Positions 1-10,284 are shown, counted from the first letter of the stretch. The stretch: DNA of 64,000 nt from an uncultured bacterium (GCA_963729625.1 CAVSOU010000010.1:1328719-1392718), one strand, 5' to 3'. The notes: generated by a model from the sequence alone, not told the origin. Numbers and translations: made by a program.

Positions 1-509
1 TCGGGCGAGCCATCCAGAGGTACCAGCACGTGCTCGAGGGAGATGGGAGCGCTGGAAGCGTGCACCAGGAGGATCGGCGCCGTCCCATGGCGCAGCACAC
101 GTTCGGCTACAGACCCGAATGCGAAGCGCGCCAGTCCACTGCGACCGTGGGTGCTCATGACAACCATATCGATACCTTCATCGCGCACATACTTGATAAG
201 CGCCGATGCGACGTGGTGTCCATGTTCTTTCAGAGTGGCCGTTCGTCCGGCAACCCCGTTCTTGGCGAGGCGCTGGCACACTGCGTCCAGGTAGTCTGAG
301 GCCGCTCGCACGTCACCCTCTAGGAGGTCGTTGCAGGCGTCCTGTGGAACATATGCCGCCCCGCCCACCGTCATTCGGGCAGCAGGCAAGCGCACCACAC
401 GGACGAGATCAATAGTTGCACCGTTCGCCTTGGCCATTTGATCGGCGATCGGGAGCGCGCATTCGGCTAGCTCTGAGCCATCTAGAGGAACCATCAGGTG
501 GTGAAACAT
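1..509 (-). CDS. Universal stress protein, tandem USP domains (runs off the left window edge)
   Basis: Hand translation (absent from ORF track): MFHHLMVPLDGSELAE...DMVVMSTHGRSGLARFAFGSVAERVLRH..., then a second domain start LEHVLVPLDGSP; AAGGAG RBS upstream. Confidence 0.9.
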   Translation of the reverse strand, partial: MFHHLMVPLDGSELAECALPIADQMAKANGATIDLVRVVRLPAARMTVGGAAYVPQDACNDLLEGDVRAASDYLDAVCQRLAKNGVAGRTATLKEHGHHVASALIKYVRDEGIDMVVMSTHGRSGLARFAFGSVAERVLRHGTAPILLVHASSAPISLEHVLVPLDGSP

Positions 510-767
510 GATCTGCTCTCCTTTCTTGCTGCATCGCAGCCCGTAGCTGCTTAAGAAGCGAACGCAGCTTGCGGCTCACCGCACGGCGTTCGCCGACTAT
601 TCGAGCGTCAAGTCAGCTGCCTCCAATCGCTTTATGGTCTGCCTCCAAGACCGTCGTACGCCTGTCGGGCGTGAATATGAAGGGCCGACCGTCACTGTCG
701 TGACGCTAAACGTCACAATGTGTACGATAGTGGCTGCCATCAATGACTTCGAGCCAAGCGTACCTGC

Positions 768-1802
768 CTAACCCTGAGCCCGCCAGACCGCGGCAAAGTG
801 TTTCGTCAGGTCCAGATACTGCGTGCCGTAGTGAATGCTGGGTTCGATGGTGTTGCCAAGATACCACTGGTTGAAGCTGCTGATTGTGATCCACGCGGGC
901 TTGCTGGCGATCGCTGCCTGCCAGCTCAAGGTGTATGTGGCTCCGTTGTCCCGCGGCACCACCAGCGGCTGGGGTTTCTGGCTATCGTTATAGCCCGGCA
1001 GCACGCCCGCGATCCAGAGTTTCTTCGTGCCGTGCGCCTGGTTGTACGCGTCGACCTTGGCGCGGAAGTTCTGGTAGAGCATGATCATGTCGTGCTGGGT
1101 GATCCCCCAGTAGCCGGCTCCGACGAGGTGCATGCTGTCGAAGGTGTCGTCCAGCACAGTCACCTCGATAGTGTCCAGCGACCAGAACGTCTTGCGCTGG
1201 GGATCGACCTGCTTGCGAATTGCTGCCCAGGTGGCCTGCGTGCGCCCGCCGCCAAAAGCGTCCCAGATGAAGAATACCGGCTTCCCCTGCCAGTGGAAGT
1301 AGGTGGATCGCGCGGTGTACGAAGCGATCGCGTAGTGGAGTTGCTGCTCGATGCGCGACTCGGTCTGCAGCAATGCGCCATCATCTTCCAGCTGAATCGC
1401 AAGCACGAACTGCGTGCCGGTCTTCTTGTTCCACGCGGCGACGCGGTCCAGCATCGTGGCGAAATTGCTGTCCTCGGAGCTCCCCTTCCCCCACCAGGAG
1501 ACGATGAAGCCCGTGACGCCGGCCCGCGATGCTTCGGCTATCTGGTCGTCAATGACCTTCGCATCATTCGAGCTGTACCTGGTGGCAGGCAAGTCGGACA
1601 TCGTACAGGAGCACCAGCTCGACCGCGTGTACCAGGGGTAGTAGAAGGCAAGAACCGGCCGTTCAACGCCCGCCGCCGCGGCGTGCGGGAGCGCGGCCCC
1701 CGGCAGGGTCCCAAGCGTGAGCAGCAGCGCAAGAATGGCGATCCACAGCCTGCCAGGCTGCAAGGTATACACGGTACGAGTGGACGCATCGGCGTGAGTC
1801 AT
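768..1802 (-). CDS. Secreted GH99/GH71-like TIM-barrel protein, catalytic motif degenerate
   Basis: Signal peptide; VLAFYYPWY, GFIVSWWG, PGYND, ITISSFNQWYLGNTIEP (family consensus SFNEWHEGTxIEP); GGAGG RBS before ATG 1802. Confidence 0.75.
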   Translation of the reverse strand: MTHADASTRTVYTLQPGRLWIAILALLLTLGTLPGAALPHAAAAGVERPVLAFYYPWYTRSSWCSCTMSDLPATRYSSNDAKVIDDQIAEASRAGVTGFIVSWWGKGSSEDSNFATMLDRVAAWNKKTGTQFVLAIQLEDDGALLQTESRIEQQLHYAIASYTARSTYFHWQGKPVFFIWDAFGGGRTQATWAAIRKQVDPQRKTFWSLDTIEVTVLDDTFDSMHLVGAGYWGITQHDMIMLYQNFRAKVDAYNQAHGTKKLWIAGVLPGYNDSQKPQPLVVPRDNGATYTLSWQAAIASKPAWITISSFNQWYLGNTIEPSIHYGTQYLDLTKHFAAVWRAQG

Positions 1803-2123
1803 CGGCTTTTCCCCTCCAATATCCGAGTGTATCGCCCAGGCGATGGTTGCAGTTTGACTGGTACCGTCGAGATCGTACGCTGTGCTTCCCGGGTTTCCAG
1901 ACCAATCCGGCAATCGTGCTCCGGGCCGCGGCGCGTATTGCCTGACTCGGATCCCCACGAGACCGCCGCTGCGCGGCAGGTTGGCGCAGGTTGCCGGAAT
2001 CTGCCTATCTTGACAGCAACGGCCTCGGCATGTAGGGTAAGATGTTGCCCTGGAACGGCGTGCACCGCCTCTCACATCCTCATGTGCAACGGGCGCACGT
2101 TCACTGCCAGTCTGGAGGCCGAC

Positions 2124-5100
2124 ATGATTCGCTGGTTCCATCTGTGCGCGGCGCTACTGCTGATAGCGGCGCCGATGTCCGCTCCGATCCGCGGCGCGCG
2201 TGCCGCAGGCGCCGCAGCGCGACCGTACCTCTACGGCTCTGTACGTTCGAAGCCATCGCCCCCGTCGCTGCGGTTGAGCGTCCAGCCGCCACAGGTCAAG
2301 GTCGGACGCGACGTGCTGCTCGCGATCCACGTATCCAACACAGCGGGAAAGGCGGTCTCAGGGGCGCTCGTGACGATCACCGGCGTCAACAGGCCGGCAG
2401 TCGGCAGTACGCGTGGCGGCATTGTTTCCCTGGTCGTGCATGCTGGAACAGTAGGAAGTGCGCTGGTGCAGGTGAGTCACGCCGGCTACACCCCGCTTAC
2501 CGCCCGCCTACCAATAGTATCGGGACCGCCTGCGACAGTGGCCGCGGTCAAGGCAGGGATCAGTGTGCTGGCGCCCAAAGCCAAGCCGGTGCTCGGAAGG
2601 GTCGGTACCGACCTTCTGGATCAGTACCATGCTTTGACCGGATCGGGTCAATACGCCTCCATTGCGCTGCGCGATGGATCGCTGGTCGACCTGAGCACCA
2701 ATACCGACGTCGCGATCAAAGACCCGCTGCATATGACGCTCACAGGCGGCGAGCTGTTTCTGGAAGTTGTCCATGGAGCGGCTAGCCATAACATACAAGT
2801 AGGCACGGCGGTGGCCTCCACAAAGGGCACAAGGCTTGACGTCCGCGTGGACCGCAAGACCAAAGCCATCGTGGTCACTGTGATCGAGGGAAAAGTTCAG
2901 GTAAGCAACCGGAAATCTACGGTGCTGATCGGAGCCGGACGCCAGACTGTTGTACCGCGCAACGGGCCACCGGGTCCGCCGAAACCGGCAAATCTGAGCG
3001 CTATCTTGTCCTGGATCAAGAAGCTTCCAAACACGACGGCTGCCACCGTTCCACCTGTTCTCAACGTACCGAACCCGCCACCCGCACGTGTGACGCTGCC
3101 GCCCACCCGCCTGCCGCCTACGATGACCGCGACAAATCCGGCACAGGCTACCTGGTCCGGAGTCGTCTCGGTCCCGGGCAATATCGACGTGCCCGCGGGC
3201 TCCAGCCTTACCATTCAACCTGGAACCGTGGTGCAAATCGCCGGCAACGCCGGGCTGAATGTGCAGGGCACGCTGCTGGCGCAGGGTACAGCTGCGAAAC
3301 CGATCATCTTCACCAGCGCTGCGGACCGGCCGAAGCCAGGCGACTGGCAGTACATTTCCCTCGACCAACCGAGTGCAAGTGGTAGCCGTCTGGATTACGT
3401 GCAGATGTTCTACGGCAGCTGGACCGGCGGAGACGACGGCATGCTCTCGGTCACCGGCGGCGCAGCTCCAATGATCAGCAACAGTGTCTTTGCCCAGGCG
3501 ACTCAAATCGGAGTGTGGTCGGACGACAACAGCCGCCCCACCATCAGCGACTGCGTTTTCGCGGGCGACGGCGCAGCCGCCATATCGGTGTCCGCCGAAG
3601 GCGCCGGTCTCATTAGCGGTACCCGACTCGGCCAGGGCCAGCGCGGAATCGAGATTCGTGACACGGCAGTCACGCACGACACCGTGTGGCACCGGCAGGA
3701 CGCGCCCATTGTGCTCGATGGCGCTACGGTTAATGCCGGTGCTGCTCTGACTATCGAGCCCGGCTCGGTTATTCGCATGGCGCAAGGCGCCGCATTGCAC
3801 GACCAGGGCACGCTTCTGGCACAGGGTACGGCCGCGGCGCCAATCATCGTAACGAGTAATGCCGCCAACCCGGCACCGGGTGACTGGCAGTATGTCGCCA
3901 TCGACGGGCCCGCCGCGAGCGGCAGCCGGATGGACTACGTGCAGATGTTCTATGGCAGCTGGAAAGGCAGCGACATCGGCATGCTGTCGGTCACCGGAGG
4001 CGCTACGCCGGGAATCGGCAACAGCGTGTTCGCGCAGGCCACGCGACACGGCGTGTGGGCCGACGATAGCAGCAGACCCACGCTCAGCAACTGCATATTT
4101 GCCGGCGACGCGTCGTCCGCGATCTTGGTGCCTGCCGACGACGGGACCCTGGTCACCGGCACGACGCTTGGACCCGGCCAGTCTGGGATCGAGTTGCGGG
4201 GCACGGCAATTACGCATGGAGGCACATGGCATCGTCAGAGCGCTCCGTACATCCTTGACGGCGGCGTTCTGGACGCCAACGTGAGCCTGACCGTCGAGCC
4301 CGGAACGCTGCTGGAAATGGCCAGCGGAGCTGCATTCCTCGTGCAGGGAACGCTCATGGCCCAGGGCACGACCGCAGCACCGATCATCGTAACGAGCAGT
4401 TCCGGCAGCCCGGCGCCGGGTAACTGGCAGTATTTCGCCATCGACGGACCGGCCGCGAGCGGCAGCCGGATGGACTACGTGCAGATGTTCTACGGCAGTT
4501 GGAACGGCCGCGACCACGGCATGCTGTCGATCACTGGAGGCGCTGCGCCGGAAATCGGCCACAGCGTGTTCGCGCAGGCCACCCGGAACGGCCTTTGGGC
4601 CGACGATACCAGCAGACCCACGCTCAGCAACTGCATATTTGCCGGCGACGCGTCGTCTGCAGTCTCGGTGCCGGCCGACGACGGCACCGCGATCGGCGGC
4701 ACGGCACTGACAGCAGGACAGCGTGGGATTGAGCTACGTGATACGGCCATCACTCATGATGGGACGTGGAGCGCGCAGGCGGCGCCGTTTATTCTGGACG
4801 GTGGCGTGCTGTCCACAGGGGTGACCGTGACAGTTGAGCCGGGCGTCTTCGTCCAGATGGCAGACGGAGCGGCATTCCGCATCCAGGGCAGCTTGATCGC
4901 GGTCGGTACGGCCGCGAACCCGATTGTGATCACGAGTGTGAATGCGACCCCGGCGCCCGGAATGTGGAAATACATCGCCATCGAAGGCGCGGGTGCAGAC
5001 GGCACGCGGCTCAACTATGTGCAGATATATTACGGAAGCCGGAACCGTGGCGACAACGGCATGCTCTCTATAACTGGAGGTGCCAGCCCGAGTATCCAGA

Positions 5101-5285
5101 ACAGCCTTTTCGCGCAGGCGAGTGCGGTCGGGATCTGGGCGGACGACTTGAGCAGGCCGGCAGTAGCCTTGTGCACCTTTCAGCAGCTTGGCGGACCCGC
5201 GATGTCCATTCCAAAAGCGGACGCCGCACGCGTGCATGACAATCGCGTCGCTGCCGGCGTTCAGCCCATCGAGATCAGGGGCTAG
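2124..5285 (+). CDS. Secreted FecR-domain protein with four ~180-aa parallel beta-helix-like repeats (paralog 1)
   Basis: GGAGG RBS, signal peptide MIRWFHLCAALLLIAA; Ig-like segment; FecR motifs DGSLVDL..GELFLEV..KGTRLDV..VIEGKVQV; Pro linker; repeats PIIFTS..PGDWQYI at 540-nt spacing. Confidence 0.8.
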   Translation: MIRWFHLCAALLLIAAPMSAPIRGARAAGAAARPYLYGSVRSKPSPPSLRLSVQPPQVKVGRDVLLAIHVSNTAGKAVSGALVTITGVNRPAVGSTRGGIVSLVVHAGTVGSALVQVSHAGYTPLTARLPIVSGPPATVAAVKAGISVLAPKAKPVLGRVGTDLLDQYHALTGSGQYASIALRDGSLVDLSTNTDVAIKDPLHMTLTGGELFLEVVHGAASHNIQVGTAVASTKGTRLDVRVDRKTKAIVVTVIEGKVQVSNRKSTVLIGAGRQTVVPRNGPPGPPKPANLSAILSWIKKLPNTTAATVPPVLNVPNPPPARVTLPPTRLPPTMTATNPAQATWSGVVSVPGNIDVPAGSSLTIQPGTVVQIAGNAGLNVQGTLLAQGTAAKPIIFTSAADRPKPGDWQYISLDQPSASGSRLDYVQMFYGSWTGGDDGMLSVTGGAAPMISNSVFAQATQIGVWSDDNSRPTISDCVFAGDGAAAISVSAEGAGLISGTRLGQGQRGIEIRDTAVTHDTVWHRQDAPIVLDGATVNAGAALTIEPGSVIRMAQGAALHDQGTLLAQGTAAAPIIVTSNAANPAPGDWQYVAIDGPAASGSRMDYVQMFYGSWKGSDIGMLSVTGGATPGIGNSVFAQATRHGVWADDSSRPTLSNCIFAGDASSAILVPADDGTLVTGTTLGPGQSGIELRGTAITHGGTWHRQSAPYILDGGVLDANVSLTVEPGTLLEMASGAAFLVQGTLMAQGTTAAPIIVTSSSGSPAPGNWQYFAIDGPAASGSRMDYVQMFYGSWNGRDHGMLSITGGAAPEIGHSVFAQATRNGLWADDTSRPTLSNCIFAGDASSAVSVPADDGTAIGGTALTAGQRGIELRDTAITHDGTWSAQAAPFILDGGVLSTGVTVTVEPGVFVQMADGAAFRIQGSLIAVGTAANPIVITSVNATPAPGMWKYIAIEGAGADGTRLNYVQIYYGSRNRGDNGMLSITGGASPSIQNSLFAQASAVGIWADDLSRPAVALCTFQQLGGPAMSIPKADAARVHDNRVAAGVQPIEIRG

Positions 5286-5566
5286 AGTGTTCCATCTTCC
5301 CGCGTCGGACTTTCACATCGCTCCGCTCGGCGCACGCATCCGTCGTGGCCGTCCTGATCAACCGTACCGCCGGAGCCCTTTTTCGAGTGCTTACCCTGTG
5401 AGCTCGCCTGCCTGGTGCAAAGTTCGCGTGGAGCGCCCGGCCAGAAGCGGTCAGTCGAGCGTGGTCGTCAGCGCATGGCCAACGCCGCCGTGATGCCGGC
5501 CTTCGGCCCCGGTGGCATCGCGAAGGATGAGATCGAGTGGGCAGGGCACCGGCCTCATAGCGACCA

Positions 5567-6322
5567 CTACTGAAGGATGCGGTCGACCAGGCGATTGAAC
5601 GTCGCGGTTACGGGCAGATCCGGATACTTCACGGTGAAAACGCCACCGCTGGCGAGGGTCATGATCTCATCCGAGTGCGGGAACACGGCAGCCACTTCAC
5701 TGCTATACGTTTCTTGCACGCGCATCCGAACCGACTCGGCATCGAGGCTGGGCGGACACTTGTTCACGACGAGCAACAGCAACGGGACGCTTAGCTTGCG
5801 CGCCACTTGCACGGTCACCCCGGTACCCTGATAGTCCTGCAAGTCTGGTCGCAGCACGATCAGCAGCACGTCGGAAATGGCGATGGACAGCAGTGTCTCC
5901 TCGTTGAGGCCAGGGTGCGTATCGATAATCAGCGTGTCCAGCTTCAAATCGCGTACCAGGGCGTTGAACCCGTCGTTTAGCAATCCAACGTCGTATCCCT
6001 CGCGCAAGATGCGAGCAATGTTGTTTGCCTGCACGCTGGCCGGCACCAGGAAGACGCGGCCGGGCAAATCCCCGGCTACCGTGTTCGTTACGTCATATGC
6101 GGCGTCCTTGATCTCGCACTTGCCCCACAGATAGTCGTTGAGGACGGGGCCGGCCGGATCCTGCGACATGCCGAACAGCACGTGGATACCGGGCGACATG
6201 ATATCTGTGTCAACGATGCCCACACGCTGTCCACGTACAGCCAACAATGCCGCCAGATTCGCCGACGTATTCGACTTCCCAGTGCCCCCGCGGTAGCTAT
6301 GAACCGAAATAATACGCGCCAT
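5567..6322 (-). CDS. MinD/ParA family ATPase
   Basis: Deviant Walker A SYRGGTGKS, VDTD, LIIDTHPG, VVNK. Confidence 0.9.
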   Translation of the reverse strand: MARIISVHSYRGGTGKSNTSANLAALLAVRGQRVGIVDTDIMSPGIHVLFGMSQDPAGPVLNDYLWGKCEIKDAAYDVTNTVAGDLPGRVFLVPASVQANNIARILREGYDVGLLNDGFNALVRDLKLDTLIIDTHPGLNEETLLSIAISDVLLIVLRPDLQDYQGTGVTVQVARKLSVPLLLLVVNKCPPSLDAESVRMRVQETYSSEVAAVFPHSDEIMTLASGGVFTVKYPDLPVTATFNRLVDRILQ

Positions 6323-6352
6323 ATGTATTCCTCTCTTCGTGCAGTCCGGGTG

Positions 6353-6781
6353 CTATGCAGACGACTTTGGACGATGCACGACGACAATGTTCCGGTTTCC
6401 CTCCGCGGTCCGCTCGTAGCGGAGCTCATCGGTGCCGCGAAGGGCCAGGAACACCCCGAGACCACCGATCTCACGCTCTTCCAAGGGCCGGTCCAAGTCG
6501 TCGGGCGACTGTGCTTCATGCGGGTCGAAAGGCTCAGCCTTGTCCTCGAGGCAGAGGCGCAACTCCGCCTCGTCAAGTTCCGCCCACATAGCGATCGGCC
6601 CTTGTCGGTTCGCCCCGGCATAGCCGTGTACGACAATGTTCGTGGCAATCTCGTCAACCGCAAGGCGCAATTGATATGAAGCCTTCCTGTCCAAACCGGC
6701 ATCAGCCGCTGCGCGCAGCACGAACTGGCCGATATCCGCCAGCGATTCCAGGGTGCCAGGGACGGTCAGACGGTCCACCAT
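6353..6781 (-). CDS. RsbW/SpoIIAB-like anti-sigma factor Ser kinase (HATPase_c)
   Basis: LAVDEIATNIVVHGY, ED..PFDP, GGLGVFL. Confidence 0.92.
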   Translation of the reverse strand: MVDRLTVPGTLESLADIGQFVLRAAADAGLDRKASYQLRLAVDEIATNIVVHGYAGANRQGPIAMWAELDEAELRLCLEDKAEPFDPHEAQSPDDLDRPLEEREIGGLGVFLALRGTDELRYERTAEGNRNIVVVHRPKSSA

Positions 6782-6843
6782 TCTCTCCTTTGAAACCTGT
6801 TGTCTCTAGTCGCTGCCCGATCGGTCAGCGCCAGCACGCAACT

Positions 6844-7770
6844 TCAAGTGATTGCGAACGGTTCTTCCGTCGTCGACCGGCGCACTGCCAGCATCGTGAT
6901 GTCGTCGAACTGCACCGCGGTGCCGATATGCGCGGTTAGATGAGCATGGACGCTCGACACCAGCTCTTTCGCCGAAGCCGGCATCGGACTGTTGATGATC
7001 GATCGCAGTCTCGCTTCGGTGAAAAACGCGCCTGTGACATCTCGCGCCTCTGGCACACCATCGGTGAAGGCCAGCAACATGTCTCCAGGCGCAAATGTGA
7101 CCTGCTGGATCGCAAAATCCACGTCCGGGACCATGCCGACTGCGGGTCCCGTTGGCGTAAGGCGCTGCTTCACGCCCGACTCGTTGAACAACCAGGGCGG
7201 GCAATGGCCGCCATTGATGTACGTCAGCACGCCGGACCCAGGGTCTAGCACGCCGAAGAACATGGTGGCAAACATGCTTGTGTCGCCATGATTCGTGATA
7301 ATGTAGTTGTTGGTCAGCGTCATGGCGTTCTTCAGTGCGGTCGTGCCTGTGGAGGGGATGCCGCGGCGCCTGTCCGCGACCGGGCTACTGAGGAAGTCCG
7401 ACTCTTCGTCGCCCATCCAGCGCAGCGAATAGTGCTGCTGAGCAAAGGCGCGAATGAGGCTGCGGAAAAGTGCCATAAACAGCGCCGCCCCTACCCCCTT
7501 GTCGCACACGTCGGCAATCACCAGGCCGAGCCGCCGGCCCTGGTTGAGCGGAAACGCATCGTAGAAATCGCCCGCTACCTCGCGCGCCGGCTCGAACTCC
7601 GCGGCAAGCTCCCAGCCCGGCACCTGCGGCAGCGTCTTGGGCAGAAAGCTGAGCTGAATATCGCGCCCGATCTGTATGTCACGCTCGAGCTTGAGCAGCA
7701 CCTCCTCGCGCTTGGCGTTGGCTGTGCTCTGCTGCCCAGCATCATCCTCTATCATGCAGTGGTTCTCCAT
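6844..7770 (-). CDS. PP2C/SpoIIE (RsbU/IcfG-type) Ser phosphatase without a sensor domain
   Basis: AREVAGDFYD, IADVCDKG, FATMF, NGGH, FTDGVPEA, DDITML. Confidence 0.92.
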   Translation of the reverse strand: MENHCMIEDDAGQQSTANAKREEVLLKLERDIQIGRDIQLSFLPKTLPQVPGWELAAEFEPAREVAGDFYDAFPLNQGRRLGLVIADVCDKGVGAALFMALFRSLIRAFAQQHYSLRWMGDEESDFLSSPVADRRRGIPSTGTTALKNAMTLTNNYIITNHGDTSMFATMFFGVLDPGSGVLTYINGGHCPPWLFNESGVKQRLTPTGPAVGMVPDVDFAIQQVTFAPGDMLLAFTDGVPEARDVTGAFFTEARLRSIINSPMPASAKELVSSVHAHLTAHIGTAVQFDDITMLAVRRSTTEEPFAIT

Positions 7771-7794
7771 CCCTGAGCTTGTGTTCGGACAGGC

Positions 7795-8109
7795 TCAGTA
7801 GGTGTCGACAATGGAGACACTGTGCTGGAAGCCTGTCATCTCCAGCGTGTCCCTCACGCCGTCTTGCAGGCCCACGAGCACGACTTCCACCGAGCCACCC
7901 ATCTTTTGCTTTGCAAAGATCAAGCCGCGCAAACCGGCGCTGGCCATGTATGACAGGCCGGACATAAAGATGACCAGCTTGCTCACGTGCGCGCCGGCCG
8001 CTTCCTCGACCTTCTCCCGAAACGCGGGAGCTACGCTAGCGTCAAGCTCGCCTTCCAAGGTGATCCGTGCTTCGTCCCCTTCGATCGTGAGCGTTGCATT
8101 GAAGGCCAT
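7795..8109 (-). CDS. STAS anti-sigma factor antagonist
   Basis: LEGELDA, YMASAGLR phospho-Ser motif, LEMTGF. Confidence 0.9.
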   Translation of the reverse strand: MAFNATLTIEGDEARITLEGELDASVAPAFREKVEEAAGAHVSKLVIFMSGLSYMASAGLRGLIFAKQKMGGSVEVVLVGLQDGVRDTLEMTGFQHSVSIVDTY

Positions 8110-8151
8110 GTCCTGCTCCATTCCACATGCGAGCGCAGTCAATTGAGCTGA

Positions 8152-10278
8152 CTAGCGCCCAACCAAGATACAAACCGAGCGATCGCTAAGGACCATAGCG
8201 TGCTGGTCGCTCAGCACGGGCTCGGCGCCAAGCTCCCAAACGTCATCGGGTGCAGCCACGCCGGTGTTGGCGAATACGTGCCAGGCACAGCCTTCGGGCA
8301 GTCCCGGCAACTCGAACACGTGGGATTCCCAGTGCATGTTCATTGCCACGTAGACAAAGTCATCCCGTTCGGTGCCGCCTCGCGCGTGATGTCCATCCAA
8401 GAGAAAGGCCAGCGTGCGACTCGTGCCGGACCAATCCGCGTTCCACGCCTGGGTGCCATGCCAGGTGATGTCGGAATAGCCGCTGCCTACGTAGTCGCGG
8501 TTGGAGAAGTGGTACTGGTTGCGCAGCACGGAATGTGCATGGCGGAAGTGGATGCAGGCTCGGCAGAAACGGAGGAGGCCCGCGTTGCTTTCAACCTGGC
8601 GCCAGTCCAGCCAGCTCAACTCGGAGTCGTGGCAATAGGCATTGTTGTTGCCTTGTTGGCTCCGCCCGATCTCATCGCCCATCAAGATCATCGGCACGCC
8701 CTGACTCGTCAACAGCATCGCCAGCGCGTTCTTGATCTGTTTCTGACGCAGGAAATTGATCCCGGGATCGTCCGTCCATCCTTCTGCGCCGCAGTTCCAA
8801 CTGTGGTTATCGTCAGTGCCGTCGTTGTTGAACTCGCCGTTGGCAGAGTTGTGCTTTTCGTTGAACGAGACCAGATCGGCGAGTGTGAAACCGTCGTGGC
8901 AGGTGATGAAGTTGACGGAGGCCGCGGCACCGCGCCCAAGCGCCTCGTAGAGATCCGGCGACCCTTGCAGCCGCTGACCCATGTCGCCTACCACACCCTC
9001 ATCACCTTTGAGGAAACGGCGCAGCGTGTCCCGGTACTTGCCGTTCCACTCGGCCCAGCGACCGAAGGCCGGGAAGCTGCCCACCTGGTACAGTCCGCCG
9101 GCATCCCAGGCTTCGGCGATGAGCTTGCACTTTGCCAGCACCGGGTCGTAGGCCAGGGTCTCCAGCAACGGCGGGTTGGAGAGCGGCGCGCCGTTCTGGT
9201 CCCGTCCCAGAATCGCCGCGAGGTCGAAGCGAAAGCCATCGATGTGATACTCTGAGGCCCAATAGCGAAGGCAATCAAGAACCATGTTGCGCACAATGGG
9301 ATTGTTGCAATTGAGCGTGTTGCCCGTGCCACTGAAATTGAAGTAGTAGCCTTCGGGCGTCAGCATGTAGTAGGTCTTGTTGTCGATGCCTCGGAACGAG
9401 ATGGTCGGACCGCGCTCGTTGCCCTCGGCAGTATGGTTGAACACCACGTCGAGGAACACTTCGATACCGGCGCGGTGGAGATCTTTGATAAGCGCCTTCA
9501 CCTCATCGACTTGCATCCCCAGCTTGCCGGTGGCCGCGTAGCCCGACTTAGGCGCGAAGAAGCCCACGGTGCTGTAGCCCCAAAAATTGTAAAGCGTCTC
9601 CCCTGTCTCCGGCAGCACGCGGCTGCCCTCAAACTCGTCGAACTCATAGATGGGAAGCAGCTCCACACAATTGACCCCGAGCCCCTTCAGATAGGGGAGC
9701 TTCTCGCGGATGGCGGCAAACGTACCGGGGTGTTTGGCGCCCGACGACGGATGCTGCGTGAAGGCGCGTGCGTGCATTTCATAGATCACGAGATCCTCGA
9801 TAGGGATCTCCAAAGGGCGATCGGACTCCCAGTCAAAGTCGTCGTATACCGGCCGCGCACGATGAGGGTAGGCGTCGTTCCAGTCGGGCTGCTTGCCCCA
9901 ATGGTCACGGCCCGCGATCGCCTTCGCGTAGGGATCCAACAGGATCTTGGTCGGGTCGAATCGATGGCCCTCGCTCGGCGCGTATGGCCCTTCCATGCGG
10001 TAGCCGTACTCGATAGACTCGGGGTCGAGGTCGAAGACGACCATGGCGAAGACATTGCCGATGCGGAAGGCATCGGGAACTGGAATCTCCACCAGTGGCT
10101 CCGCCGCCCCCTTCTGGAACAGCACGAGCGTGCAGGTTGTCGCGTGGCGCGAATAGATGGAAAAGTTGATCCCGCCCGGTACGAGCGTGGCGCCAAAGGG
10201 GAAGGGCTTGCCAGGGCGGAGCCGGTAGCCCAGGTGCTCGTGGGTTGGATGGACGTCGATGCGCTCCATAACTGGCAT
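8152..10278 (-). CDS. glgX: Glycogen debranching enzyme / isoamylase (GH13)
   Basis: DVVFNHT, DGFRFDLA, IAEAWD, FITCHDGFTL, GNNNAYC. Confidence 0.95.
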   Translation of the reverse strand: MPVMERIDVHPTHEHLGYRLRPGKPFPFGATLVPGGINFSIYSRHATTCTLVLFQKGAAEPLVEIPVPDAFRIGNVFAMVVFDLDPESIEYGYRMEGPYAPSEGHRFDPTKILLDPYAKAIAGRDHWGKQPDWNDAYPHRARPVYDDFDWESDRPLEIPIEDLVIYEMHARAFTQHPSSGAKHPGTFAAIREKLPYLKGLGVNCVELLPIYEFDEFEGSRVLPETGETLYNFWGYSTVGFFAPKSGYAATGKLGMQVDEVKALIKDLHRAGIEVFLDVVFNHTAEGNERGPTISFRGIDNKTYYMLTPEGYYFNFSGTGNTLNCNNPIVRNMVLDCLRYWASEYHIDGFRFDLAAILGRDQNGAPLSNPPLLETLAYDPVLAKCKLIAEAWDAGGLYQVGSFPAFGRWAEWNGKYRDTLRRFLKGDEGVVGDMGQRLQGSPDLYEALGRGAAASVNFITCHDGFTLADLVSFNEKHNSANGEFNNDGTDDNHSWNCGAEGWTDDPGINFLRQKQIKNALAMLLTSQGVPMILMGDEIGRSQQGNNNAYCHDSELSWLDWRQVESNAGLLRFCRACIHFRHAHSVLRNQYHFSNRDYVGSGYSDITWHGTQAWNADWSGTSRTLAFLLDGHHARGGTERDDFVYVAMNMHWESHVFELPGLPEGCAWHVFANTGVAAPDDVWELGAEPVLSDQHAMVLSDRSVCILVGR

Positions 10279-10284
10279 GGCCGG

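Noticed and set aside
700-716. GTGACG-N5-CGTCAC palindrome upstream of the usp gene
   Set aside because: Spacing fits neither CRP nor Rex consensus; single instance
798-2123. N-terminal 440 aa of the 1495-aa ORF
   Set aside because: Antisense shadow of the GH99-like gene; the real start is ATG 2124 with RBS and signal peptide
2508-4562. 684-aa minus-strand ORF and many similar long overlapping ORFs
   Set aside because: Typical high-GC shadow ORFs opposite well-supported genes, with no recognisable motifs
5490-5525. Hairpin between convergent genes as a terminator
   Set aside because: Stem short and imperfect, no U tract
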